The notes below the pieces were generated by a model. The model had not been told where the DNA came from, searched no databases, and saw nothing but the letters and a program-made list of their open reading frames with translations. DNA of 64,000 nt from positions 17,513 through 81,512 of the forward strand of contig JBBIHC010000003.1 in NCBI GenBank assembly GCA_037447235.1. Reading direction: 5' to 3'. The stretch is from Candidatus Micrarchaeota archaeon. Lineage in GTDB: Archaea; Micrarchaeota; Micrarchaeia; Anstonellales; Bilamarchaeaceae. The translations under genes and the position numbers were made by a program. Every line of letters begins with the position of its first letter. The first letter of the stretch is position 1. Shown piece after piece: positions 9,849 through 17,947 of the stretch.

Positions 9849-11330
9849 TTGCAAGCTTTGTTGATTATGCTTATTATAATATGCGGGCTGCCAGGAACGG
9901 GAAAAAGCACGCTTGCGCGTGAGCTTGCAAGGATATGGAATGCCGAGCACATAAACAGCGACAGCATAAGATTGCGGCTTCTTGAAGAAAGAACCTACAG
10001 CGAAAAAGAAAAACTGATGGTATACGAACGAATGCTTGAGGAAGCCCGCAAACATCTGAAAAAAGGGGAAAACGCGGTATTAGACGCGACTTTTTACCGG
10101 CAGGCCCTGCGGAACAAGGCAAGGGAGACGGCAGAGGCTGAAAAAAGCGGCTGCATCATGATTGAATGCGTCCTGGCTGAAGAAAAGATAATGGAACGGA
10201 TGGAAAAAAGAAAAAATGCCGGGGATGAAAGCGAGGCGACTTTTGAGATTTACAAGAAGGTAAAAAAGGAATATGAGGAAATAAAAGAAAAACACCTGGT
10301 CATAGACACAGAAAAACCGCTCGCAGAGCAAACAAAGGAGGCCATGGAGTACGCTAAAAAATTTGGCAGTTACGGCAACTGCATAGAAACCCACATATCA
10401 AAGATTTACATCGTGGGGGATTTTGCCTACAAGATAAAAAAACCGGTAAAATTCAGCTTCCTTGATTTCTCAACTCCTGAGCTTAGAAGGTTCTACTGCA
10501 GGGAGGAAGTAAGGCTGAACAGAAGGCTTTGCCCTGATGTCTATATCGGGGTTGTTAGGGCGGAGGCGCATTTTGGCGGTTATTTTTTTGAAGATGGGCG
10601 GCAGCAAGCATCGCAAGCCGAAGATGATGCGGGATGGGAATACGCAGTCAAAATGAAAAGAATGCCTGCTGAAAGGCAAATGGACAAACTGCTTGAAAAA
10701 GGAGAAGTGCAGGCGGAGGACATAAAGAAAATCGCGGCTGTTGTTGCCGATTTTCACAAAAATATCGAAGTAATAAAAGACAAAAAGTACGGCAACCCTG
10801 CCCTCATAAGAAGGCAGGTGGAGGACATAGCGGCCCACAGGAAAACGATGGAGAAAGCGGCAGGCGTGGGAAAGACTATCGATTATGTTCTTGAAAAATG
10901 CGCAAAATTTCACGAAAACAATATTGAACTTTTCAAAAAGCGGCAGAGCGGAGGATTCATAAGGGAATGCCACGGTGACCTTCATTCCGCGAATATAATA
11001 ATCGCGGACAAGATTTACATATTTGACTGCATTGAATTCAATCCCGACTTCAGAAACATAGATGTGGCAAGCGAAATAGCCTTCATGGCAATGGACCTTG
11101 ACGCCTATGGAAGGAATGATCTGGCTGGGCTTTTTGTAAGAGAGTACCTAAGACGCTCAAATGACGATGACGCATTGCGGCTTCTTGATTATTACAAGTG
11201 TTATCGTGCAAATGTCAGGGCAAAGGTCGCGGCGATAGAATGCGCGCAGGGGCAGAATGCGAATTCAAAGGAGAAGATTGTAAAATACGCGGGACTGATG
11301 GAAGAGTACGCAAGAAAACTTATTGCCTGA
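9849..11330 (+). CDS. Two-domain putative kinase: N-terminal P-loop NMP/zeta-toxin-like kinase fused to C-terminal APH/choline-kinase-like phosphotransferase
   Basis: N-terminus ICGLPGTGKSTLAREL (Walker A) and VLDATF. C-terminus HGDLHSANIII (catalytic-loop Brenner motif) and IFDCIEF (DFG-like Mg site). Confidence 0.6.
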   Translation: MQALLIMLIIICGLPGTGKSTLARELARIWNAEHINSDSIRLRLLEERTYSEKEKLMVYERMLEEARKHLKKGENAVLDATFYRQALRNKARETAEAEKSGCIMIECVLAEEKIMERMEKRKNAGDESEATFEIYKKVKKEYEEIKEKHLVIDTEKPLAEQTKEAMEYAKKFGSYGNCIETHISKIYIVGDFAYKIKKPVKFSFLDFSTPELRRFYCREEVRLNRRLCPDVYIGVVRAEAHFGGYFFEDGRQQASQAEDDAGWEYAVKMKRMPAERQMDKLLEKGEVQAEDIKKIAAVVADFHKNIEVIKDKKYGNPALIRRQVEDIAAHRKTMEKAAGVGKTIDYVLEKCAKFHENNIELFKKRQSGGFIRECHGDLHSANIIIADKIYIFDCIEFNPDFRNIDVASEIAFMAMDLDAYGRNDLAGLFVREYLRRSNDDDALRLLDYYKCYRANVRAKVAAIECAQGQNANSKEKIVKYAGLMEEYARKLIA

Positions 11331-12308
11331 TTACGGCTTTTTTATTATGTTATCTATCCTGCTTCCTTTTCTTTTCAGCAAGACAATACGCGAAGCCGCA
11401 TCCTCAGAAACCCGGGCATAAGACGGAAGCTTTTCAAGCAGGGAAGAAGCAAACTGCCTGACATATGCATGGGATGGCATATTCTCCTCCTTCAGCCGCT
11501 TTCTTGAGTTGCCAAGAAACATATACGCCTTTATTTCAATAAAAGCGGGCTCTGCGCCCTCAAGCATTTTCGCAAATGCCTCTTTCGCCTCTTCGGAATC
11601 GTTCACGCCCTTTATCAATGTAAGCCTGACCACGGTCCTGCACTTTAGCTTCTTCAACAGTGAAAGGCTCTTCCGCAGCCTTTTCCAGCCGTCAGCATAT
11701 GCCGGGCGATTGAGCCTCCTGAAGCTTTTTTCATCCCACGCATTAAGCGAGATGTATAGCTGCGTGGGCAGGCATTTTTTCCTTGCAAGCCCCTGAAGGC
11801 GCTTCGGCTCCTGGCCGTTTGTAACAAGAAAAATGCTCCTGACCTCCTTATGTTTTCTAAGTTCTTTTATCAAGTCGCAGATAAAGGGGTATATGGTTGG
11901 CTCTCCGGAAAGCGATATCGCCCAGTGGGAGGGGAAAAGCCTGTAGCCCTCATCATAAAACTTTTTGTCAGTTTCTGAAAAACCTCCAAAACCGCTCAAC
12001 AATTTTTTTCTTGCTTCCACAATGCCGCCTACTATGTCTGCCGGCGCATCAGGCTCCATTTCTTCAAAAGCGGCCTTTTTCATCCACTCCGCCGGCCTCC
12101 AGCAATGCACGCAGCTCTGCTGGCACCACAAAAACGCCGGGCTCATCTGCGCGCAGCGATGGCAGTCTATGCCGTAAAACTTCTGCTTGTAGCAGACGCC
12201 TTCTCCGCGCAGCGCTTTTTTTGTCCAGCTGCATATCTGGACCGCTGAATGCCTGCCAGCGAGTCGGTATTGGGCCCTAAGAAAGCGCCTTATCACTTCA
12301 GTTTCCAT
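11331..12308 (-). CDS. taw1: tRNA 4-demethylwyosine synthase (radical SAM, Tyw1/Taw1)
   Basis: DCHRCAQMSP...CQQSCVHCWR twin cysteine clusters and ISLSGEPTIYP, characteristic of Tyw1/Taw1. Confidence 0.75.
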   Translation of the reverse strand: METEVIRRFLRAQYRLAGRHSAVQICSWTKKALRGEGVCYKQKFYGIDCHRCAQMSPAFLWCQQSCVHCWRPAEWMKKAAFEEMEPDAPADIVGGIVEARKKLLSGFGGFSETDKKFYDEGYRLFPSHWAISLSGEPTIYPFICDLIKELRKHKEVRSIFLVTNGQEPKRLQGLARKKCLPTQLYISLNAWDEKSFRRLNRPAYADGWKRLRKSLSLLKKLKCRTVVRLTLIKGVNDSEEAKEAFAKMLEGAEPAFIEIKAYMFLGNSRKRLKEENMPSHAYVRQFASSLLEKLPSYARVSEDAASRIVLLKRKGSRIDNIIKKP

Positions 12309-12310
12309 AA

Positions 12311-13021
12311 TCAGCCCACTGGAGCAGGATTTACCTTTATATGGCCCTTGAGGTCCGGGTAATTAAGCGAAAAGAAATCGCATTCAAATGCCTTTGACAT
12401 GAGCGTGGTGGCATTTTTTCCAGGACTTATCATCTGGCTGTCAAAAAGGCCGGCGCAGGTTGCCGAGCGAGGATAGGCGCCCCGGTTCACCCACACTATG
12501 GTATCCCCGACATTGACTTCAAGCGAGGATGGTTCATATGAAAAATCTTTTATGAGGACCGTGTATGTAGCCGGCTCGTAGTTTTTTGTTGTGGAAGAAA
12601 CTTCAAAGTGCAGCGAGCGGTATACCCTCGGAACATAAGAGGAGCCGTCATTATGCACCAATTCTACGTATAACGTATGCTCTCCAAGAGGGACATTCTC
12701 AAATGTATACGATTTTCCGTAAACGTGCATCGGCGGGCCGCCGTCCAGCACAAAAACAAAATGGCCCTCGCCGAACTTCTTTTCGCCCCCGATTTTTATG
12801 ACGAAATTCGTCGTGCTCAGTATAACCGAAACCGGGCCGCCGCTGCCTGAGACATCTATAACCTCGTCTTCCTCCGGGGCGATTATCACGAAAGACGGCT
12901 GGACGACTGGCTGCGTCTTGTTTTCTGCCATGCTTCCGCCATCTGCCCCCTGGGGCGCCTGCTCAAAACAGCCAAGCAGCAAAAATGATGCCGTCAGAAA
13001 CAATAACAAAAATTTATTCAT
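12311..13021 (-). CDS. Secreted lipoprotein with a DUF4399-like domain and a cupredoxin-like domain lacking copper ligands
   Basis: Likely start MNKFLLLFLTASFLLLGC (signal peptide plus lipobox). C-terminal VGDTIVWVN...GHIKV cupredoxin-like pattern without the Cys/His/Met ligand spacing. The track ORF extends to 13237, probably a spurious 5' extension. Confidence 0.5.
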   Translation of the reverse strand: MNKFLLLFLTASFLLLGCFEQAPQGADGGSMAENKTQPVVQPSFVIIAPEEDEVIDVSGSGGPVSVILSTTNFVIKIGGEKKFGEGHFVFVLDGGPPMHVYGKSYTFENVPLGEHTLYVELVHNDGSSYVPRVYRSLHFEVSSTTKNYEPATYTVLIKDFSYEPSSLEVNVGDTIVWVNRGAYPRSATCAGLFDSQMISPGKNATTLMSKAFECDFFSLNYPDLKGHIKVNPAPVG

Positions 13022-13092
13022 AAACACACCTAAAAAATTATGATGGGCAAGATTTATATTATCTTTTGTTCTATTAGGCTCAAGGTGGGAAA

Positions 13093-13836
13093 ATGAAACT
13101 TGTTGTCGGCAATGCACCAGCATTAAAATCAGCAATAGATGCCATCGTAAGCATCGTTGAAGAGGGCGAATTTGAGATAACAAGCAGCGGGCTGCAGCTG
13201 AAGGCGATGGACCCGTCGCAAATATCAATGGTGTCATTCACGATGCCAAAAACCTCTTTTGAGGAATACAGCATAACGGAAGAGAAGAGGATAGGCGTCG
13301 ACATAGGCCAGCTCGCAAGCGTCCTTTCCAGGGGAAAAAGCGGCGAGAAGGTCGAGCTCTCGATAGAAGACGGAAGGCTTGTGGTAAAGTTCTATGCCGC
13401 AAAAAGAAAAAGGACATTCAAGGTGCCCTTAAGAGAGCCTGGGGAAAAGGTGCAAAGGGAACCGAAAATAGAATTCAAAAACCACGCAATCGTCAAGGCG
13501 GACGCGTTGAAAGAGGTTTTGAAGGACTCAAAGCTGGTCAGTTCGCACATCAGGCTGTCCGTAGCGCCAAAGCAGTTTTTGGCCGAAGTGAGGGGGGACA
13601 ATGGCGAGATAAGGGAGGAATTTGAAGAAGGCGGCGATGAAGTCATGGAGATAAAAACCGCGGCAATGGCAAAATCAACATTCCCTCTGCAATATCTTGA
13701 GGATATGCTCAAGGCCGCGCCGTCAAACGCTGCGATCAGGATAAATCTTGAAACAGACAAGCCGTTGAAGCTGGAATATGCCATAGAAGGCGCTTCCGTG
13801 GTGTACTATCTGGCGCCGCGCATAGAGACGGAATAG
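13093..13836 (+). CDS. pcn: DNA polymerase sliding clamp PCNA
   Basis: 247 aa, PCNA-like two-domain pattern, C-terminal ...VVYYLAPRIE. Confidence 0.85.
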   Translation: MKLVVGNAPALKSAIDAIVSIVEEGEFEITSSGLQLKAMDPSQISMVSFTMPKTSFEEYSITEEKRIGVDIGQLASVLSRGKSGEKVELSIEDGRLVVKFYAAKRKRTFKVPLREPGEKVQREPKIEFKNHAIVKADALKEVLKDSKLVSSHIRLSVAPKQFLAEVRGDNGEIREEFEEGGDEVMEIKTAAMAKSTFPLQYLEDMLKAAPSNAAIRINLETDKPLKLEYAIEGASVVYYLAPRIETE

Positions 13837-13839
13837 CGG

Positions 13840-16137
13840 TTAAAGCATTTCCGCTTTTGTTGCGCCGCCGGCATTCTTGTCCCTGGACAACTTGTAAGTC
13901 CTGGAGAAATCAGCTCCGATTAGGGCTTCTTCGTGTGTTATCACGAATATCTGCTTTACCACCTGCGGGACCTTTGCCTGAAGGGTTTCAGAAAGCAGGG
14001 CGATTGCCTGCGAATCAAGATTGTGCGTCGGCTCGTCAAGGATAAGCCAGCTTAGGTTCGGCGTAAGCACCATCGCAAGGGCAACGCGAAGGGTGAGCGC
14101 GGCGCACGCCCTTTCCCCCCCGCTGGCGATGCTTTCAAGCGGCTTCCACTGGCCGCTCTCCAATACCTCAAAAACATAGTCCTTTTCAGTAACATCAACC
14201 CTGAGCGCCTTGTAGTTTCCGTACGGATAGAATATGTCCCATATATCATTCATGGCCGTGTTTATCGCGTCTATGAGCTCCCTTCTCAGCGAGACCTGCG
14301 TCTCGGCAAGCGCGTTCTTGTAGACCTTAAGCTCTTCCACGGCTTCCTTTGTCGCCCCTGCCCTGTTTTTTATTGAAATCATGTCGAGAAGCTGCGCCTC
14401 AAGCGCCGTCTTGTTTTCGCCCAAGAGCGCCCCTTCTTTTTGCAGGTATTCCAGTTTCGTCCGAAGTTTTTGCTCTTCCACCTTTTTTTCCTCAAGCGCC
14501 TTCCTTCCAGACAGGTAATCTTCTTCGTTGTATTCCATCTTCCTTTGTTTTTCCTCTGTTTCCGCAATCCTTTTCCTTATCTCGGCCGCCATCTTTTCCC
14601 GCCGCAGCATTTCTTCCATTTTATTAAGCTCCACCAGTTCTCTTTCTACGATATCCTGCATTTCCCTGCTTTCGTTTTCAAGAATGCCTGCTTTTTTGGC
14701 GATCTCTTCGGCTTCTGCTTTTAGCGCGGCCCTTTCCTGCTCCAACCCGGTTTTGTCGATTAACTGCTGCCGCTCGCTTTTAATCTGCTGCTCCAGAAGC
14801 TCTGCTTTCCTCAAAATCTCGTCGAACTTGCTGCTTTCATTTTGTAAAATTTCGATTCTGGCGGCGAGGGCTTTCATTCTTCCTTTGGCTTTTGCCATCT
14901 CGGCTTCTTTCTTTTTCCTCACTTTAGCTATCCCATCAACGCCCAGCACGGTTTCGCAAAGAGGGCAGGCGCTCGCCGCAGGCGAAAGATGCTTCAGCAT
15001 GTCCTCGGTTTGCGCCACGGATTGGAGAATGGCTGCCTTCTCCTGGCCTTTTTCCTCAAGCTCTTTCCTGCGCGCCTCAAGCTCTTTTTTTACCCCCGCC
15101 TCGTCTTTGCCTTCAAGAAGGGTGCCCTTCATGGAGCGCAACTTTTCCAGCCTCAATAATCGCTGCTCCTGCTCCCTTATCCTGCTCTCAACAACTGCCA
15201 GTTTTTTGTTTATCTCAACATCTTTTTTCTTAAGTTCAGAGATTGTTTTTTCCGCTCCGGCTTTTTTATGCCGCAATTCAGCGATTGCCTGTTTTTTTGC
15301 GGTGTACGCTTCCGGCTTGACCTTGGCCAGCCCCTTTTCAAGGCTTGCCGCCTGCCCCTGCAGGGAAGCGAGCTCCCTTGACAGAGCCTCCAGCATTCTT
15401 CTGTTTTTTTCCAGGATTTCAAAACGCGCCGCAAGTTCGGCAACCACTCTTTTTGCTTCCGCAGCTGCCTTTTCAGCCAATGCGAGCTCCCCACTCAATT
15501 TCCTTTCCTTTTCCGCCAGTGCCCTTATGCCATCCGCGACTTCGCGCTCCCGCTCCTCGCTGTACCTCTCCATCAGGGAGCGCGCCACGCTTTCAAGGCG
15601 GTTTGTTATTGATACCGTTGCCGCCCGCGCCTTTTCAAACCTGTCAAGACCAAGTATCCTGTCAAACTCCTCCTTCCGCCTCTTTGGGTCAAGCGAGAGA
15701 AAATAGTCTATGTTGTTTTGTTCGGAGTAGATCGCGCGGGTAAAAAGGTCATAGTCAACGCCCAAAACCTCTTCAATGAGTTCGGTAACCGCGGTTGCTC
15801 CGCTTTCCAGGTGCGTGTTGTCTTTATAGATGTCGGCTTTTGAGAACATCTTCCCGTTTTTCCTTTCGATCTTCCGCTCAACCAGATAATCGCTGCCGTT
15901 CCACGAAAAAGAAATGCTGACTTTTGAATATGCGGAACCGTATCTTAGGATGTCCTCAAGCTTAAGCCTCCTTCTCTCCAGAGCCGGGAAGGTGCCGAAA
16001 AGGGCAAAACTGATGCCGTCAAGGACTGCGGTTTTTCCGCTGCCCATGATGCCCACGAGGAGATTAGTGCCGTAGCCGAACTCCATTTTTGTATTCTCGT
16101 GAGAACGCCAATTGACAAGGCTTAGTGATTTTATCAT
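13840..16137 (-). CDS. rad50: DNA double-strand break repair ATPase Rad50
   Basis: N-terminal MIKSLSLVNWRSH...LLVGIMGSGKTAVLDGISFALFG (Walker A), central coiled coil with CPLC zinc hook, C-terminal ILDEPTHNLD (Walker B/D-loop). Start chosen at 16137. Confidence 0.85.
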   Translation of the reverse strand: MIKSLSLVNWRSHENTKMEFGYGTNLLVGIMGSGKTAVLDGISFALFGTFPALERRRLKLEDILRYGSAYSKVSISFSWNGSDYLVERKIERKNGKMFSKADIYKDNTHLESGATAVTELIEEVLGVDYDLFTRAIYSEQNNIDYFLSLDPKRRKEEFDRILGLDRFEKARAATVSITNRLESVARSLMERYSEEREREVADGIRALAEKERKLSGELALAEKAAAEAKRVVAELAARFEILEKNRRMLEALSRELASLQGQAASLEKGLAKVKPEAYTAKKQAIAELRHKKAGAEKTISELKKKDVEINKKLAVVESRIREQEQRLLRLEKLRSMKGTLLEGKDEAGVKKELEARRKELEEKGQEKAAILQSVAQTEDMLKHLSPAASACPLCETVLGVDGIAKVRKKKEAEMAKAKGRMKALAARIEILQNESSKFDEILRKAELLEQQIKSERQQLIDKTGLEQERAALKAEAEEIAKKAGILENESREMQDIVERELVELNKMEEMLRREKMAAEIRKRIAETEEKQRKMEYNEEDYLSGRKALEEKKVEEQKLRTKLEYLQKEGALLGENKTALEAQLLDMISIKNRAGATKEAVEELKVYKNALAETQVSLRRELIDAINTAMNDIWDIFYPYGNYKALRVDVTEKDYVFEVLESGQWKPLESIASGGERACAALTLRVALAMVLTPNLSWLILDEPTHNLDSQAIALLSETLQAKVPQVVKQIFVITHEEALIGADFSRTYKLSRDKNAGGATKAEML

Positions 16138-16185
16138 CGATCTTATTTGATTGATAATTATTTTAAAGAAGTTAGAAAACATAGA

Positions 16186-16277
16186 TGCGGCCGTCGGGAT
16201 TTGAACCCGAGTCGCAGGCTTGGAAGGCCCGAATCCTGACCGCTGTCCGCTGCTGCAAAACCCTAGACTACGGCCGC
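16186..16277 (-). tRNA. tRNA-Gly (anticodon UCC), about 92 nt, with about 18 extra nt in the D-arm / position 26-27 region (probable non-canonical intron(s))
   Basis: Acceptor GCGGCCG/CGGCCGC, T-arm UCGGG-UUCAAAU-CCCGA, anticodon stem CGGGC/GCCUG with loop CUUCCAA (UCC). The D-loop is 16 nt and 12 extra nt sit between position 26 and the anticodon stem. Confidence 0.65.
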
Positions 16278-16332
16278 ATCGGATAATTTAACACACTATG
16301 CTTTTTTAAAATTAATACCACAAGATAGCTTT

Positions 16333-16992
16333 ATGAAATTTTTTATTGACAGTGCGGATGTTGAGGAAATCAAAAAAGCGGTTGCCTTGCAGATGTGCGA
16401 CGGCGTGACGACAAACCCGACGCTTATTATGAAGGCTGGAAAAAAACAGGAAGACGCGATAAGGGAAATCGCGCGGATTGTCAGGGGGCCGATAAGCGTT
16501 GAGGCGGTAAGCGACGACGCAGAAGGGATGGTAAAGGAAGGGATGGAATTCTCAAGATGGGCGTCCAATGTGGTAATAAAGGTGCCTATGACAAAGGAGG
16601 GCCTGACTGCGGTGCGGGCTCTTGCAAAAAACGGCGTGAAATGCAATGTCACCCTCGTGTTCTCCGCCGCCCAGGCACTGCTTGCAGCAAAAGCAGGCGC
16701 GGCTTTCGTTTCGCCTTTCGTAGGCAGGCTGGATGACTCCGGGCAGGACGGGATGGCTGTCGTCCGGGACATAGTCCAGATATACCGGAACTATGGCTTC
16801 ACAACCGAGATAATAGTCGCCTCGGTGCGCTCTGTGAAACACGTCGAGGGGGCTGCAAAAGCAGGCGCCCACATAGCGACAATCCCGCCGAAGGTTTATG
16901 AAGAGATGTGGAGGCACGCGCTGACCGACAAGGGGATAGAAATATTCAGGCGGGACCACCAGGAATACCTGAAAAAGGTCGGAAAGGCGTAA
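16333..16992 (+). CDS. tal: Transaldolase / fructose-6-phosphate aldolase family (short archaeal Tal)
   Basis: MKFFIDSADVEEIK...TTNPTL...KVP; 219 aa, typical of archaeal probable transaldolase. Confidence 0.85.
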   Translation: MKFFIDSADVEEIKKAVALQMCDGVTTNPTLIMKAGKKQEDAIREIARIVRGPISVEAVSDDAEGMVKEGMEFSRWASNVVIKVPMTKEGLTAVRALAKNGVKCNVTLVFSAAQALLAAKAGAAFVSPFVGRLDDSGQDGMAVVRDIVQIYRNYGFTTEIIVASVRSVKHVEGAAKAGAHIATIPPKVYEEMWRHALTDKGIEIFRRDHQEYLKKVGKA

Positions 16993-17056
16993 AATGGCGG
17001 TCAAAACAAATAGGTTTTTATTTGGTTTTTGATTGATTAAAAGCAGGGGTGCAAAA

Positions 17057-17497
17057 ATGAAAGATGCAAAAATATTTTTGACATTGCCGCTCTTGCTGGC
17101 AATTTTGGTTTGCGGCGCTGTTATTGCAAGCGGATGCATACAAATGCCGCAACAGACGGCACAAGCAGGCCAGCCGGCAGGCCCTTCACCGGACAGCGGC
17201 AGTTGCGCTGTGGGGTCCTGGGTAAGAACCGGCAACTTTGAGTACAGGATAACCGGCGTGGAAACGCATAGCATTGCCGGGAAGACCATGCAGATGTGCT
17301 GTATGGAAAAGATAGCAAACGGCCAAAAATCAAAGGTTTGCAACGGCATGGGGTCTGAAATGTACAGCATCGTCTGGCTTACTGATGAGGAAACAGGCGG
17401 GTTATACAAGGCCGCCGAGATATACGAGCAGGGCGACAAGACGTGCAATATAGGATATGACCCAAGCGGCGAAAAAATAAGCGAAATGTGCGTTTAA
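17057..17497 (+). CDS. Small Cys-rich secreted lipoprotein
   Basis: MKDAKIFLTLPLLLAILVCGAVIASGC signal peptide plus lipobox, then 8 Cys in about 120 aa. No recognisable domain. Confidence 0.45.
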   Translation: MKDAKIFLTLPLLLAILVCGAVIASGCIQMPQQTAQAGQPAGPSPDSGSCAVGSWVRTGNFEYRITGVETHSIAGKTMQMCCMEKIANGQKSKVCNGMGSEMYSIVWLTDEETGGLYKAAEIYEQGDKTCNIGYDPSGEKISEMCV

Positions 17498-17533
17498 AGA
17501 GAATGGAAACAATAAAAAGGTGAAATAAAAAAC

Positions 17534-17947
17534 ATGAGGGAAAGCATACCGCTCACGTGGAGAAGGATACCGGAGAGATACGGCCTGATAGGTTCAATGT
17601 GTGAAACCTGCGGCCGGCATTTCTTCCCGGCACGGGCCATCTGCCCGACATGCAGAAGAAGGGGAAAGATAAAGAAGCTCCAGTATTCGGGAAAAGGCAG
17701 AATATATTCCTATACCGTGATACATAGCGCCCCGACCGGTTTTGAGGACCAGGTACCGTATACCATAGCAATAGTTGAACTGGAAGAAGGGGCGAGAGTG
17801 CTTGGCCAGATTGTGGACGCGCCAAACGGCAAACTGAAAATTGGCGCTCCGGTTGAGCATTGTTTCAGGATAATACAGAGAGAAGATCCCGAAGGGCTAA
17901 TACATTACGGCTTCAAGTTCAGATTGGTGCAGGACAACCATCAATAG
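17534..17947 (+). CDS. DUF35 family Zn-ribbon/OB-fold protein (thiolase/HMG-CoA synthase-associated family)
   Basis: CETCGRHFFPARAICPTCRRRG C4 zinc ribbon followed by an OB-fold segment; about 137 aa, typical of DUF35. Confidence 0.65.
   Translation: MRESIPLTWRRIPERYGLIGSMCETCGRHFFPARAICPTCRRRGKIKKLQYSGKGRIYSYTVIHSAPTGFEDQVPYTIAIVELEEGARVLGQIVDAPNGKLKIGAPVEHCFRIIQREDPEGLIHYGFKFRLVQDNHQ

Noticed and set aside
14528-15706. 392-aa Ser/Leu-rich plus-strand ORF
   Set aside because: Entirely antisense to the rad50 coiled-coil region. A low-complexity artefact of the K/E/A-rich sense strand.
16552-17448. 298-aa minus-strand ORF
   Set aside because: Lies antisense across the 3' half of the transaldolase gene and the lipoprotein gene. 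No motifs, biased composition typical of antisense frames.
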